Part shown: positions 11,032-26,560 of the stretch, piece after piece | Numbering within the stretch: position 1 is the stretch's first letter | How the letters are laid out: each line of letters begins with the position of its first letter | Assembly (NCBI GenBank): GCA_964016885.1 | Contig: OZ024750.1 | Location: forward strand, 44,702,001 to 44,766,000 | Origin: Eledone cirrhosa | Taxonomy: Eukaryota | Direction of reading: 5' to 3' | DNA: 64,000 nucleotides | The notes under the pieces: generated by a model | Databases searched by the model: none | The model's input: only the letters and a program-made list of their open reading frames with translations | Told to the model about the DNA's origin: nothing | Made by a program: the position numbers and the translations under genes

Positions 11032-11932
11032 CCCTCCCTCTCTCTATATATATATCTCTTTCTCCTCTTTCCTTCCCTCTCTCTGTCACACCACATCTCT
11101 TTCTCTCTCTCTTTGCATTGCTCATTCCAGCTCACTTATCCCCCTCTCACTATTTATCAGCCCACTCACCCTCTCTCTCTCTCCCTCTCTCTCTACCTCA
11201 CCCACTCTCACTCCCAGTCTACCACTACCCCACGATCTCTCCCCCTATCTCTCTACCTCACCCACTCTCACCCCCAGTCTACCACAACCCCATTCTTTTT
11301 CTCCCTATCCCTCTACCTCACCCACTCTCACACTCAGTCTACCACCACACTACTCCCCCCTCCCTCACCCTCTCCCTCTACCTCACCCACTCTCACCCCC
11401 AGTCTACCACCACTCCCCGCTCTCTCTACCTCACCCCCACATCTACCCCCGCCCCGCTCTCTCCCTATTACAACCACTAAGGCTGATTATCAGAGAATCA
11501 CTTCAGTGTTTTGTAACAAGTACAATCAGAATTTTAATTGTGAAAAACTCCCGCGTAATTCTGGTTCTACGGAAGTTATGCTGTCTCCACATTAGAGTTG
11601 ACAAAGGCTGGTCCCTGCCTTCCCGTCTCTCTCCTACTCCTACTACTCCCAAACAACATCATCATCATCATCATCATCATCAACATCATCTCGAAATACA
11701 AACAAAAACAAACTATAAAGGACTTGTACACATCTTATGCACGTATGTATGGTGCTTAAGTAATTGAAGAATACGTGGAGAGGTAGGGAAGGAGGGGGAG
11801 AATAGAGGGAGGGGGAAGAAGAAGAAGAAGAAGAAGATAAATTGGATCACTTTCAACATAATGATCGTTAATCGTTTTGAAGAAATTGCGAGAACAACAT
11901 CAACAACAACAACAACACCAACTACAACAATA

Positions 11933-11966
<34 letters not shown>

Positions 11967-12565
11967 GTATGTATTACCTGATGACGGTATATTTGTATAC
12001 GTCTGTTCCCCATCCTTGATGATCTGCACCACGTCTCCATTAAAAATAAGACGGACATGCTCCAGCATGGCCTTAAGCCAGTGGCTTAAACTAGCAATAA
12101 AGGAGAGAAAAACAACAAAAATACAGAAAATTAATCGGTCCGCCATTGGCAATTCTCTCACCAAACGACAATAAATACAACAACAATAACAACAGTTGTA
12201 ATTCTATTATAAGTCTTTAATTGAGACACTATTGTTGACCAAGTAAAGGGAGGTAAGAAAATACCCTACATCGTTTTGATCAACGCTCTACTGCTTCCAT
12301 CAGTCCTCCACCTATTTGTTATTACTTTAGGTACAATGCCAGGAAATTAGAGGTCACAATTAGTCGATTATACCGAGTCCAGTACTTGACTGTTAACTTA
12401 TCTTATCAAACCCGGAAGGACGAACAGAAATATTTGACCTTGACCTGATTTCAGCTCAGGATGTAGTTGGCTCGGATAAAAGCATAAAGTAATGTTTTCA
12501 ATGTTCTTAGGATTATGCCATCAAACCACCTTTGTTAATGGTTATAGTAATATTATAGTTTTATA

Positions 12566-12756
12566 ATAATTGTTTCTACTTTTGGCACAAGGCCAGCAAT
12601 TATCACAGTACATTACTGGTATTTTTTTTAATCGACCCCGTAAGGATGAAAAGCAAAGTGGACCTCGGCGGGATTTGTACACAGAACGTAAAGGCCCGTA
12701 ACTCTATGCTGGAAAGCATGGGGTCCGATCCTCTAGCGATACTGCCAATCCACCGC
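12566..12756 (-). mobile_element. SINE family 1, full length
   Basis: Same A box, B box, core and 3' end as 6906-7092. Confidence 0.88.
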
Positions 12757-12868
12757 AGCAAAAGTTCAGGCTTGACAACTTCTATATTTTATTGATCAGG
12801 TTTTGGTAGATATTCTTCAGTCAAGTATGGAATCGGAGGGGTGAAAACAATTTCGACCTCTCTCTCTC

Positions 12869-12934
<66 letters not shown>

Positions 12935-13222
12935 TGGTGGAGTCATGTGGCCTAGTGGTAAGGGTGTTGGATTTACGATCATAATATCGTGGATTCCATT
13001 CCTGGGTTGCGTGTTGTGTTCTTGAGCAAAACACTTCATTTCACGTTGCTCCAGTAAACTCAGTTTAAAATAAGTACCAACAATAGCTGGATGTTTAACC
13101 CTGCGATGGACTGGCGTCCTTTCCAGGGGGAAATCGTGTACTCTCAGTCGCGTCACGCCATGAAACCGGGATAAGCACCGGCCAAAAGATCATTCTGGCT
13201 TAAGACAGACTTTAGACTTTAG
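12935..13222 (+). mobile_element. tRNA-derived SINE (family 2), resembling CORE/V-domain SINEs
   Basis: A box TGGCCTAGTGG, decayed B box GGATTCCATTCC, CTTGAGCAAAACACTT, CCTGCGATGGACTGGCGTCC...GAAACCGGGATAAGC, tandem AGACTTT tail. Confidence 0.75.
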
Positions 13223-13883
13223 GTATATATGTATATCAACCTACCGACGTCAATTGTTCAACTTCTCTCTCTCTCTCTCTCTATCCCTCCCTCCACCCCA
13301 CATATACTCTCTCTCTTGCTCTCTCCCTCCCTCTCTCCACCCCACATACACTCTCTCTCTTCCTCTCTCCCTTCCTCTCTCCACCCCACAGACACTCTCT
13401 TTCTTCCCCCCCCCCTCTCTCCACCCCACATACACTCTCTCTCTTTCTCTCTTACTCTTCTCTCTCTCTTTATCTCACCCCCTCTCACTCCCCTTTGCAA
13501 TTGGTTAGGTCATAGAATTATCGCAAGTATATGAACCATGTGTTTTATATACTTTCAGTATACGCTTCAAACTATATAAAGAAACATTTAATCAACATTC
13601 ATTTATTTAAAGATTTCCGTATTTTTTCATTAGACATATCTCAGAGTAACCAGTTCTGTACAGCCTTGGGGAGAAATTATCTTCTAACGGAAAACAATAA
13701 TCGTGTCAGGAATGTATTCACTTCAAAATTATGTTATTTAGGATGAGAAAAGTGTGGAGTTATTGAAATCAGATGAAGTTAAAGGTGAAAGGTGGAAATG
13801 GAGTTCGGAAACTTCTCGAAGAATGATGAATTGTGTCACCATAGGTTTCAGGCAATTTATCAGAAATTAAAAAATTATAGCTG

Positions 13884-13915
<32 letters not shown>

Positions 13916-14041
13916 CGTTATTCCGGTTTGAATCGGAGGTAACCACAGTAAGTAAGGTACACAATACATAGCATAGCAGAGTATAACAGTTTTCCTGATG
14001 ATTTCTAAAGAGTGAAACAGTTCTAGTCATGTAGAATCTCA

Positions 14042-14087
<46 letters not shown>

Positions 14088-14121
14088 AAGAAAGACTCGG
14101 GCACTGATCCCCAAGTGTATG

Positions 14122-14182
<61 letters not shown>

Positions 14183-14204
14183 AGGTGTGTGTGTATATAT
14201 GTAT

Positions 14205-14252
<48 letters not shown>

Positions 14253-14491
14253 GCAAGAACTTCTGTTCCTTTTCTTACTTTTTTCTCTCTCTATCTTTCC
14301 ATTTCATCTTTTATTTTTCATTCTATTTTCTGATGAAGGACTAGCATCCGAAGCGTTATGACTCTTTTCCTACAATATCAAGCTTAGAACTAACATATTT
14401 CTTTATTGCTTTATTGTATTGTTTCGTTAGCTCTGTTATTTCTGTTTACCCTTTGTAAATATACATATATATATATATTTATAAAGGGTAA

Positions 14492-14538
<47 letters not shown>

Positions 14539-14649
14539 CAACTAGAACTTTTAATTTCTGATAATTTGCCTAAAACCTATGAGTTCGGGTTAGGGTTAGG
14601 GAACGGTCGGAGCTCAGCCGTCGTGGTCCTGAATCTTTTCTCATATCTC

Positions 14650-14747
<98 letters not shown>

Positions 14748-14891
14748 TAGATACTGTATATATATTTATATATAGTCTAGTGCAGTAGTGCAGATGTAAT
14801 ATAAATACCCAAGAGTTTACCGCACTCAGTCCATAGGATAAGTTAAGTATGATTTACTACGAAACTTAAGTACCTGTTTATGTCATTGTTG

Positions 14892-14936
<45 letters not shown>

Positions 14937-14939
<3 letters not shown>

Positions 14940-15190
14940 CTTATTAGCTATCGTCAGCATCGTATACCTTTCTGTCAGATGATTGAACGTCTGAAAGTAC
15001 TTTCCTTATGCATATTAACGGCTGAGCAGTCTAATTTGCATATCCAGTGAGTTAGTCGGCTGGGTATACCGAAAATTATAAATGGAAAAGAATGAAACGA
15101 AATTTCATTTCTCACTCTTAGTACGGCTGATTACCGAACCTTTATTAATGTTCGGTTTGTTTGAAAACAAACAGCGGAAGATAGTCTGTA
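14937..15190 (-). mobile_element. Family G repeat, truncated inside its hammerhead
   Basis: 14937-15131 is homologous to 51707-51902; CTGACGA on minus at 14951-14957, ends in (TA)n before GAAA. Confidence 0.72.
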
Positions 15191-15431
15191 TCATTTGTCC
15201 ATTATTTATTCATAAGTACATTTTAAACTTATAGCCTCGTTTAAATGATTATTTATGTGGCTTATTTATAAGGACTAAAGAGAGGAAATACTGTTTATAT
15301 TTTATCTAATAATTCTTCAGACTTACAATTTTTATATATAGTTCTGGTTAATGATTATTTGCTTAATTAATTCTTCATTGAGCCACACCGTGAAAGGTAG
15401 CCAAACTCATATATGTATCTGTAACAATATC

Positions 15432-15469
<38 letters not shown>

Positions 15470-15505
15470 TACCCCTTTGAATTTTATACATATATATATA
15501 TCTTT

Positions 15506-15922
<417 letters not shown>

Positions 15923-15942
15923 AATATATATATATATATATG

Positions 15943-15976
<34 letters not shown>

Positions 15977-16190
15977 AATATATATATATATATATGTAAA
16001 TATATATGTAAATATATATTATATATGTAAATGTATATATATATATATTATATATGTAAATGTATATATATATATATATACTGCGCATACACATCCACAT
16101 ACATACATATATCCTAAATGAGCATTGTATTTACATTTTGAATAATCGTCATGACAGGGACGGCGTTGGTATCGCTAGTGATGTTGTTGA

Positions 16191-17795
16191 TGGTGATGAG
16201 GCTGAGACGAAGATGGCGACTATGGTGATGGCAGTGGTGATGGTGATGAGGCTGAGACGAAGATGGCGACTATGGTGATGGCAGTGGTGATGGTGATGAG
16301 GCTGAGACGAAGATGGCTAGTATGGTGATGACAGTGCTGATGGTGATGAGGCTGAGACGAAGATGGCTAGTATGGTGATGACAGTGCTGATGGTGATGAG
16401 GCTGAGACGAAGATGGCGACTATGGTGATGACAGTGCTGATGGTGATGAGGCTGAGACGAATATGGCGACTATGGTGATGGCAGTGGTGATGGTGATGAG
16501 GCTGAGACGAAGATGGCTAGTATGGTGATGACAGTGCTGATGGTGATGAGGCTGAGACGAAGATGGCGACTATGGTGATGACAGTGGTGATGGTGATGAG
16601 GCTGAGACGAAGATGGCGAATATGGTGATGACAGTGCTGATGGTGATGAGGCTGAGACGAAGATGGCTAGTATGGTGATGACAGTGGTGATGGTGATGAG
16701 GCTGAGACGAAGATGGCGACTATGGTGATGACAGTGCTGATGGTGATGAGGCTGAGACGAATATGGCGACTATGGTGATGGCAGTGGTGATGGTGATGAG
16801 GCTGAGACGAAGATGGCTAGTATGGTGATGACAGTGCTGATGGTGATGAGGCTGAGACGAAGATGGCGACTATGGTGATGACAGTGGTGATGGTGATGAG
16901 GCTGAGACGAAGATGGCGAATATGGTGATGACAGTGCTGATGGTGATGAGGCTGAGACGAAGATGGCTAGTATGGTGATGACAGTGCTGATGGTGATGAG
17001 GCTGAGACGAAGATAGCGACTATGGTGATGACAGTGGTGATGGTGATGAGGCTGAGACGAAGATGGCGACTATGGTGATGACAGTGGTGATGGTGATGAG
17101 GCTGAGACGAAGATGGCGACTAGGGTGATGACAGTGGTGAAGGTGATGAGGCTGAGACGAAGATGGCGAGTATGGTGATGACAGTGCTGATGGTGATGAG
17201 GCTGAGACGAAGATGGCGACTAGGGTGATGACAGTGGTGAAGGTGATGAGGCTGAGACGAAGATGGCGAGTATGGTGATGACAGTGCTGATGGTGATGAG
17301 GCTGAGACGAAGATGGCGACTAGGGTGATGACAGTGGTGAAGGTGATGAGGCTGAGACGAAGATGGCGAGTATGGTGATGACAGTGCTGATGGTGATGAG
17401 GCTGAGACGAAGATGGCGACTAGGGTGATGACAGTGGTGAAGGTGATGAGGCTGAGACGAAGATGGCGAGTATGGTGATGACAGTGCTGATGGTGATGAG
17501 GCTGAGACGAAGATGGCGAGTATGGTGATGACAGTGGTGATGGTGATGAGGCTGAGACGAAGATGGCGAGTATGGTGATGACAGTGGTGATGGTGATGAG
17601 GCTGAGACGAAGATAGCGACTATGGTGATGACAGTGGTGATGGTGATGAGGCTGAGACGAAGATGGCGAGTATGGTGATGACAGTGCTGATGGTGATGAC
17701 GATGAGACGAAGATGGCGACTATGGTGATGACAGGGGTGATGGTGATGAGGCTGAGACGAAGATGGCGAGTATGGTGATGACAGTGCTGATGGTG
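16191..17795. repeat. Minisatellite, 50-bp unit x ~32
   Basis: TGGTGATGAGGCTGAGACGAAGATGGCGACTATGGTGATGACAGTGSTGA repeated. Confidence 0.96.
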
Positions 17796-18204
17796 ACAAT
17801 GTTGGTGGTGATGGTTGTGATGATTGTGACTACAATAACACCGATTCTTTATGACGATGACAATCGTGATGCTGAAGAAGATGGCGATGAAGATGGAGAT
17901 GATAGTGATGTCGGCGGTGATGGTGGTGAACAGAAACGGCGATGGAGACGATAGTATGATGGGTGGTAACAATATGTGAAGGGAGGGAAGGTAAAAATAT
18001 AGGTTCCCGCCAGTTGAACATGGCAAGGGGCTCATCACATTAATGTGGTGCTGGGGTCAGGGGAAAAGGGGTTGTATATATCAGGCAGAAGACGTCACTT
18101 GGCTGTGAGCAAAACTATATTACTTCTGCCATATTAAGTCTTTTGTATTGGCTTATTTTGTAACTGGAAACCGTATCAAAACGTAATTATAGCCTTGTAC
18201 GGAG

Positions 18205-19435
18205 CCATTACACACTTACACTTACACATATACATACATACACATACACGCACAGTCACATAGACATACACATTGGTTCACATACATACACAGAGTCATA
18301 CACAGCCATTACACACTTACACGTACACATACACATACACACACATACACGCACAGTCATATACACATACACATTGGCTTATATACACTTACACGTGCAC
18401 ATACACATTGGCTTACATACATACACATTCAGTCACATACACATACACATTTGTTCACATACATACACAGTCATACACAGCCATTACACACTTACACGTA
18501 ACCATACACATACACACACATACACGCACAGTCACATACACATACACATTGGCTTATATACACTTACATGTACACATACACATACACACACATACGGAGT
18601 CATACACAACCATTACACACTTACACTTACACATATACATACACATTGGCTTCCATACACACACAGACACGTACAGTGATATACATATACATATTGGTTC
18701 ACATACATACACACAACCATTACACACTTACACGTACACACATACGTGCACGTACACATTGGCTTACATACACATACACACACAGAGTCATACACAACCA
18801 TTACACACTTATACGTACACACATACATACACATTGGCTTACATAGACACACATACACTTACACGTACACATACATATACAATGGTTTACATACATACAC
18901 ATACACGTACAGTCACATCCACATACATATTGGCTTACATACACACACACAGCCATTACACACTTACACGTACACATACATATACACATTGGTTCACATA
19001 CACACACATACACGTACAGTCACATACACATTGGTTCACGTACACACATACATATAGAGTCACATACATACACATACACATAGAAACACATATACATACA
19101 CACTGGCTTACATACACACATACATATAGAGTCACATATATACACATACACGCATAGAGACAAATACACGCATACACATAGAGTCACATATATATACATA
19201 CACACATACGCACGTACACACATACACATTGAGTCACATACACGTAGAGTCACATATGCATACACACATATACATGTGCTCACATACACACACACATACA
19301 CACACATAGAGATATATAAGCTTATATATACACGTAAGCATCAGCTCATGTTCACACATACACATAGGGTTACACACACCTACATAGAGGCTCACGTACA
19401 CACATACACTTATATAGGCTTATATACATACACTC
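18205..19435. repeat. CA-rich degenerate minisatellite
   Basis: Recurring CCATTACACACTTACACGTAC, CACATTGGCTT and CAGTCACATA motifs. Confidence 0.85.
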
Positions 19436-19440
19436 ATTGA

Positions 19441-20414
19441 AACAACAATAAGAATAACAATAACAACAACAATAACAATAACAATAATAACAACAATAAC
19501 AACAACAACAACAACAACACCAATAACAACAACAACAACAACAACGGCATCAACAACAATAACAACATCGATAACAACAACACCAACAGCAATAACAACA
19601 ACAACAATAACAACAACAATAACAACAACAATAACAACAACAGCAACAACGATAACAACAATAACAATAACAACAATAACAACAACAATAACAACACCAA
19701 TAACAACAACAATAACAACAACAGCAACAACAATAACAACAACAATAACAATAACAATAATAACAACAACAATAACAACAACAGTAGCAACACTAACAAC
19801 AACAATAACAACAACTGTAACAACAACAACAACAACAACTTTGTCAACATTCAGAAAACAAACTACAATATGAGCAACAATACTTGTTTCTACTTAAGGC
19901 ACAAGGCCAGCAAATACCCCAGTGTATTACTGGTACTTTATTTTATCGACCCCGTAAGGATGAAAGGCAAAGTTAACCTCGGCCGGATTTGAACTCAGAA
20001 TGGCAAGGGAGGTAATATCAGTAATTGGGATTTTGTTATTGATCACAAGGACATTACAAAGACAAACAATAATAATAATAATAGTTATGATGATGTTGGT
20101 GGTGATGGTGATGGGGTTGTTGATGGTAATGATGGTGATGGTGATGAGGATAATGATGGTGATGATGGTGGCGATGGTGATGATGATGATGGTGATGGTG
20201 ATGGTGATGATGATGATGGTGATGGTGGTGATGGTGATGGTGATGGTGATGATGGTGATGGTGATGATGATGATGGTGATGGTGGTGATGATGGTGATGA
20301 TGGTGGTGATGGTGATGGTGGTGATGATGGTGATGATGATGGTGATGGTGATGGTGATGATGATGGTGATGGTGATGGTGATGATGGTGATGGTGGTGAT
20401 GATGATGGTGATGG

Positions 20415-20449
<35 letters not shown>

Positions 20450-21025
20450 ATGATCACGACGACCTTACTGCTGCTGAAAATGATGGTGGTGGTGGTGGTG
20501 GTGGTGGTGGTGAAACTAATAATCTATTATTTTATTGCCACGGGGCGACGGATGGGGGCCATTACTTGGACAAATTAAAAAATAATAAATAAATTATAAT
20601 GACAAATAAATGAAATTTAATTCTTGTTAGACGGAGGAGGAGTAATTGTACCCCGTTGTGGGGGTGGGGTGTAATAGTGGTGGGGTGGTGCTGTTGGAGT
20701 TGCTGCTGTTGTTGTTGGTGGTGGGGTGGTGGTGGGGTGGTGGTATTGGTGGTGATGGTCGTGGTGGGGGTGGGGGTGACGGTGTTGGTGGTGGTGGTGG
20801 TGTGGTGGTGGTGTGGTGGTGGTGATGGTGGTGATGGGGGTGATGGTGGTGGTGGTGGTGGTGGTGGTGGTGGTGGAGTGAGGGGGGGTGATGGTCGTGG
20901 TGGTGGTGTTGGGGTGAAGGTGGTGTGGTCGGGGTGGTGGTGTGGCGTGGGTGGATGTGGTGCTGCTGTCGTCGTCGTTGTTGTTCATGACAATGTTTTT
21001 ATAGTTGTTATTGTTGTTGTTGTTG
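19441..21025. repeat. Trinucleotide blocks (AAC/AAT 19441-19840; GAT/GGT 20085-20510; GGT-rich 20660-21025)
   Basis: Direct inspection. Confidence 0.9.
19884..20006 (-). mobile_element. SINE family 1, 5'-truncated
   Basis: Core, B box and 3' end. Confidence 0.85.
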
Positions 21026-21124
21026 TACTCTTGTGTTTCAGCTTTGTTTTGTTTCCCTGAAAACAAAATGGCAAATATGTCTGTTCCTCAGTGGGGGGCT
21101 TGGGGAGGGGTCCCTCTACGTGGA

Positions 21125-23385
21125 TATGTGTGTATGTAAGTATGTATGTGTGTATGTGTGTATGTGGGTATGTGTGTGTGTATGTATGTATGTTTGTATG
21201 TATGTGTATATGTATGTGTGTATGCGTGTATGTATATGTGTGTGTGTGTGTGTATGTATATGTGTATGTGTATGTTTGTATGTATGTGTGTATGTTTTTA
21301 TGTATGTGTATATGTTTGTATGTATGTGTGTATGTGTATGTATGTGTGTATGTTTTTATGTATGTGTGTATGTGTGTATGTATGTGTGTATGTATGTGTG
21401 TATGTTTGTATGTATGTGTGTATGTGTGTATGTATGTGTGTATGTTTTTATGTATGTGTGTATGTTTGTATGTATGTGTGTATGTGTGTATGTATGTGTG
21501 TATGTTTTTTATGTAGTGTGTATGTTTGTATGTATGTGTGTATGTGTGTATGTATGTGTGTATGTTTTTATGTATGTTTGTATGTATGTGTATATGTTTG
21601 TATGTATGTGTGTATGTTTGTTTGTATGTGTGTATGTTTGTATGTATGTGTGTATGTTTGTATGTATGTGATATGTTTGTATGTATGTGAGTATGTTTGT
21701 ATGTATGTGAGTATGTTTGTATGTATGTGTGTATGTTTGTATGTATGTGTGTACGTTTGTATATATATGTGTATGTTTGTATGTATAGGAGTACAATTGA
21801 CTGTCTATGTGTGTATATATATGTGTACGTGTGTGTATGTCTACGTATGTGTGTATGTACGTGTGTATATGTGTATGTATGTGTACGACCATAATTTGGT
21901 CCTGTGCCTGTATATATGTGTATTTATATTTATGTGTGTATGTATATTTATGTGTGTATTTATATTTGTGTGTATGTATATTTATGTGTGTATGTATATT
22001 TATGTGTGTATGTATATTTATGTGTGTATGTATATTTATGTGTGTATGTGTATTTATGTGTGTATGTATATTTATGTGTGTATGTATATTTATGTGTGTA
22101 TGTGTATTTATGTGTGTATGTATATTTATGTGTATGTGTATTTGTGTGTATGTATATTTATGTGCGTATGTGTATTTATGTGTGTATGTGTATTTATGTG
22201 TGTATGTATATTTATGTGTGTATGTGTATTTATGTGTGTATGTATATTTATGTGTGTATGTATATTTATGTGTGTATGTGTATTTATGTGTGTATGTATA
22301 TTTATGTGTGTATGTGTATTTATGTGTGTATGTATATTTATGTGTGTATGTATATTTATGTGTGTATGTGTATTTATGTGTGTATGTATATTTATGTGTA
22401 TGTATATTTATGTGTGTATGTATATTTATGTGCGTATGTATATTTATGTGTGTATGTGTATTTATGTGTGTATGTATATTTGTGTGTATGTATATTTATG
22501 TGTATGTGTATTTATGTGTGTATGTATATTTATGTGTGTATGTATATTTATGTGTGTATGTATATTTATGTGTATGTGTATTTATGTGTGTATGTATATT
22601 TATGTGTGTATGTGTATTTATGTGTGTATGTGTATTCATGTGTGTATGTGTATTTATGTGTGTATGTATATTTATGTGCGTATGTATATTTATGTGTGTA
22701 TGTATATTTATGTGTATGTGTATTTATGTGTGTATGTATATTTATGTGCGTATGTGTATTTATGTGTGTATGTATATTTATGTGTGTATGTGTATTTATG
22801 TGTGTATGTATATTTATGTGTGTATGTGTATTTATGTGTGTATGTATATTTATGTGTGTATGTGTATTTATGTGTGTATGTATATTTATATGTGTATGTA
22901 TATTTGTGTGTGTATGTATATTTATGTGTGTATGTGTATTTATGTGTGTATGTATATTTGTGTGTGTATGTATATTTATGTGCGTATGTGTATTTATGTG
23001 TGTATGTGTATTTATGTGTGTATGTATATTTGTGTGTGTATGTATATTTATGTGCGTATGTGTATTTATGTGTGTATGTATATTTATGTGTGTATGTGTA
23101 TTTATGTGTGTATGTATATTTATGTGTGTATGTGTATTTATGTGTGTATGTATATTTATGTGTGTATGTGTATTTATGTGTGTATGTATATTTATATGTG
23201 TATGTATATTTGTGTGTGTATGTATATTTATGTGTGTATGTGTATTTATGTGTGTATGTATATTTGTGTGTGTATGTATATTTATGTGCGTATGTGTATT
23301 TATGTGTGTATGTGTATTTATGTGTGTATGTATATTTGTGTGTGTATGTATATTTGTGTGTGTATGTGTACCTATGTGTGTGTGT
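21125..23385. repeat. TG/TA minisatellites, including a ~20-bp unit TATTTATGTGTGTATGTRTA (21915-23360)
   Basis: Direct inspection. Confidence 0.92.
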
Positions 23386-23911
23386 ATCAGTCTCTGTATT
23401 ATGTTAGTGTCCTTATCGTATTTACCTTCTTTTCACTTTGTTTCACTGTAAAGGGGTAACACCATGAAGTGTGTTTTTTTCTACGTATGTATCCATATAT
23501 ACACACGCGCAACCACACACACATTTACTCTCTCTTCGCTCCCTATACACACACACACACACACACTCACACACACCCACTCACACTCACACCCACACTC
23601 TCTCACACACACACTCACTCTGTCTTCGATCACTATACACACACATATACACACACATACACACACACTCCCACACACACACATACATATATATACATAT
23701 TCATATATACACGTTCATATATTTATATATAATATATATATATAGGTACGTATATATATATATATATAAACATACTTACAAGGAAAAAAAAACACATCGT
23801 GAGAGAGAGAGAGGGAGAGACAGAAAGAGAGAGAGAAAGAGAGAGAGAGAAATAGTCAGACAGAGAGACAGACAGCCATATAGATAGATAGATAGAGAGA
23901 TATATATATAG

Positions 23912-23982
<71 letters not shown>

Positions 23983-24011
23983 GGTAGACAGACAGAGAGA
24001 CAGACAGCCAT

Positions 24012-24099
<88 letters not shown>

Positions 24100-24100
24100 C

Positions 24101-24148
<48 letters not shown>

Positions 24149-25220
24149 TAGACAGGTAGAGATTAAGGAACAGAATGAGGGTGGGAGATTGTAAGACAAA
24201 AGAGAGGAAAGGGAGTAATCCGTACAATACTCCAATTCTTAAATTCGGAAGAAAGGATCAGTTCGGTATTGAAATAAGCAGAATAAAAGAATAGTGGATA
24301 TTAATTGAATTAAACCATAGTTTAGAATGTTCTCATCACTAGTGACTAAATGTATTCTTTTATCATTATCCTTATTACCAGTTCTATTATTACCTCGTTC
24401 TCTGTTGCCGTCAGTGTTGTTGTTCTTTGCAATTCTTGTTGTTGTTCTTGCTGTTATTGTTGTAGTTATTGTTGTTATTGTTGTAGTTATTGTTTTGGTT
24501 ATTGTTGTTACTGTTATTTTTGTTATTGTTATTATTATTGTTGTTGTTATGTTCATGTTTGATTTTGTTTCTCTTCTGTTTTATTATGATTCAATGTTCC
24601 AAATCTTGACTTTGTCACCATTAACACCAGCAACTCAGGCAGAAAAATAGACATTGTCAACAGAACTGATTTGTTTATTGTCAAGCATTTCATTTTCTTC
24701 ATTCTTTTATGTGTTGTTGTGATTGTTGTTATTGTTGTTACTGTTGCGCGCTCTTTTCTAGGATTTTCTTTGTGTTTGTCTGGGGATTTGGGCTTTTATT
24801 CCCCTACATGATTTAGACAGAGAAGGAAGGAGAAAGGCCATGATGCTTTACAGAAAAGACATGAATTTAGCATCTCATGAAAGACCTGATCCGAATGCTT
24901 GCAACAGATTGCCCTTCATTAGCGTCAACCAAGGGTCAAATTGTGAGGATAAACCCGATATATATGTATAAATACACATATATATAAATATATATACGAT
25001 ATTAAACAAATGGAAACTAATTTAATATCGTATATCTACTCCAAAACTTGTCGAGTGCTTTATATCAGTTATAAAATATTTACTTGTTGTAACCCAACAA
25101 TTTTAAATAAAACTTTTGCATATATAAATATATATATATATATATATTTATTAGGTATAGGATTATCCTAGATGTAGTAATAAATTACCTTTTTATGATG
25201 TCTACCTGTTATTATTCATT

Positions 25221-25285
<65 letters not shown>

Positions 25286-25573
25286 TACACACACACACAT
25301 ACATATGTATATATATATATGTATATATGCTGCGTTTATTAAAGAACGAGTATCTTGGTGTGTTTTGATTTAGAATTACTTTTGCCGTTAGAACTAAGAT
25401 TCATACTTGACCTATGATAAATGATAAATAACATTTCAACTTCTTTATCTTTGTTTTCAGCACAAACATGACATGATTGCAAAACATATCATCCACATAC
25501 ATCATCATTGTATAAAAAAATACAAATGTCTATATCTATATATCTACAACTATATCTATCTATCTATGATCTC

Positions 25574-25618
<45 letters not shown>

Positions 25619-26189
25619 ATATATATATACAAATTTTAGCACAGCATCAACGAAGCTTTTGGATGCAGCGAAGCTAACGAATACAGTTTCGGTGTACAGC
25701 TAAGCACTCAATGGGGAATAATCCCTAGAGTTATAACATTACGTTTAGACAGCTTTGCAAATCAAATAGAGCGACGGATAGACGGGCCACAGTGACCATA
25801 GCGACGAAGAAAACCGAACTCAGCAAAAGTTTTTGACTGACCTGGGCCATCGCGTTAATATCATAGACAACACATATTATATACCATATACTATATAATA
25901 TACATCACATATAATATATAACATCCCCGCTGTAAATCTGAAATCGACAAAATCCACTTGCAGGGGTCTGCAAGTTAATGGTTTTTGACCACAGAACAAA
26001 GGAATTTACTTCGTCAACAAGTTTTTCGTTCTGGATCTCGCGGGTGTGAGTTCTAGCAGTAAGCACCGCTATAAGACACATGGTTTTCCCAAAGGGAGGT
26101 AAACCCCGGATTTGTCGGTCAATTCTTTATATATATATATATATGATAATAACGGCGCTGCGGAGTTGCAAATGGGTTACATATGAAAA

Positions 26190-26379
26190 AAGTTTGTCCT
26201 TCATCAGTGATCTTCCAACTATCATAGGTATTTCATCGCTTTAAAGACCATATACCTCCGGTTGGGGCGAGCAACGGCTAAAAAAAGTCGTTGGGACACG
26301 TAAATAAAGGGGAACTCGCGTCCCCTTTATTTACGTGTCCCAACGACTTTTTTTAGCCGTTGCTCGCACCAACCGGAGG

Positions 26380-26384
<5 letters not shown>
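26190..26384 (-). mobile_element. Family E repeat end with fold-back palindrome (26250-26384)
   Basis: Homologous to 45105-45225 and 51262-51392; near-perfect inverted arms of about 63 bp. Confidence 0.8.
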
Positions 26385-26413
<29 letters not shown>

Positions 26414-26560
26414 GTAACCCAACGGCTTATTTTAAAAATAAAAATATCCAATACTAATAATAATATAAGTAAACAACTCCACTATCCGGGAGCTTCCAAC
26501 AGTAATGGTTGCATTTTTTAAGGGTATGTGAATATTTATTTATAAAACTGATCTATATTA

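Noticed and set aside
12785-12825. Minus-strand CTGAAGA with possible TTGA/TCAA stem I
   Set aside because: No GAAA box or stem II
14587-14601. GGGTTAGGGTTAGGG telomere-like repeat
   Set aside because: Only 2.5 units, interstitial
14830-14878. GAAA-CTTAAG-TA (and GAAA-CAATTG-TA at 54205-54216) resembling palindromic stem III
   Set aside because: No recognisable CUGANGA box; possible relics but unsupported
16191-17795. Regular array as CRISPR or hammerhead satellite (TGATGAG...GACGAAG)
   Set aside because: No unique spacers, eukaryotic context; lacks CUGANGA and GAAA with a paired stem II
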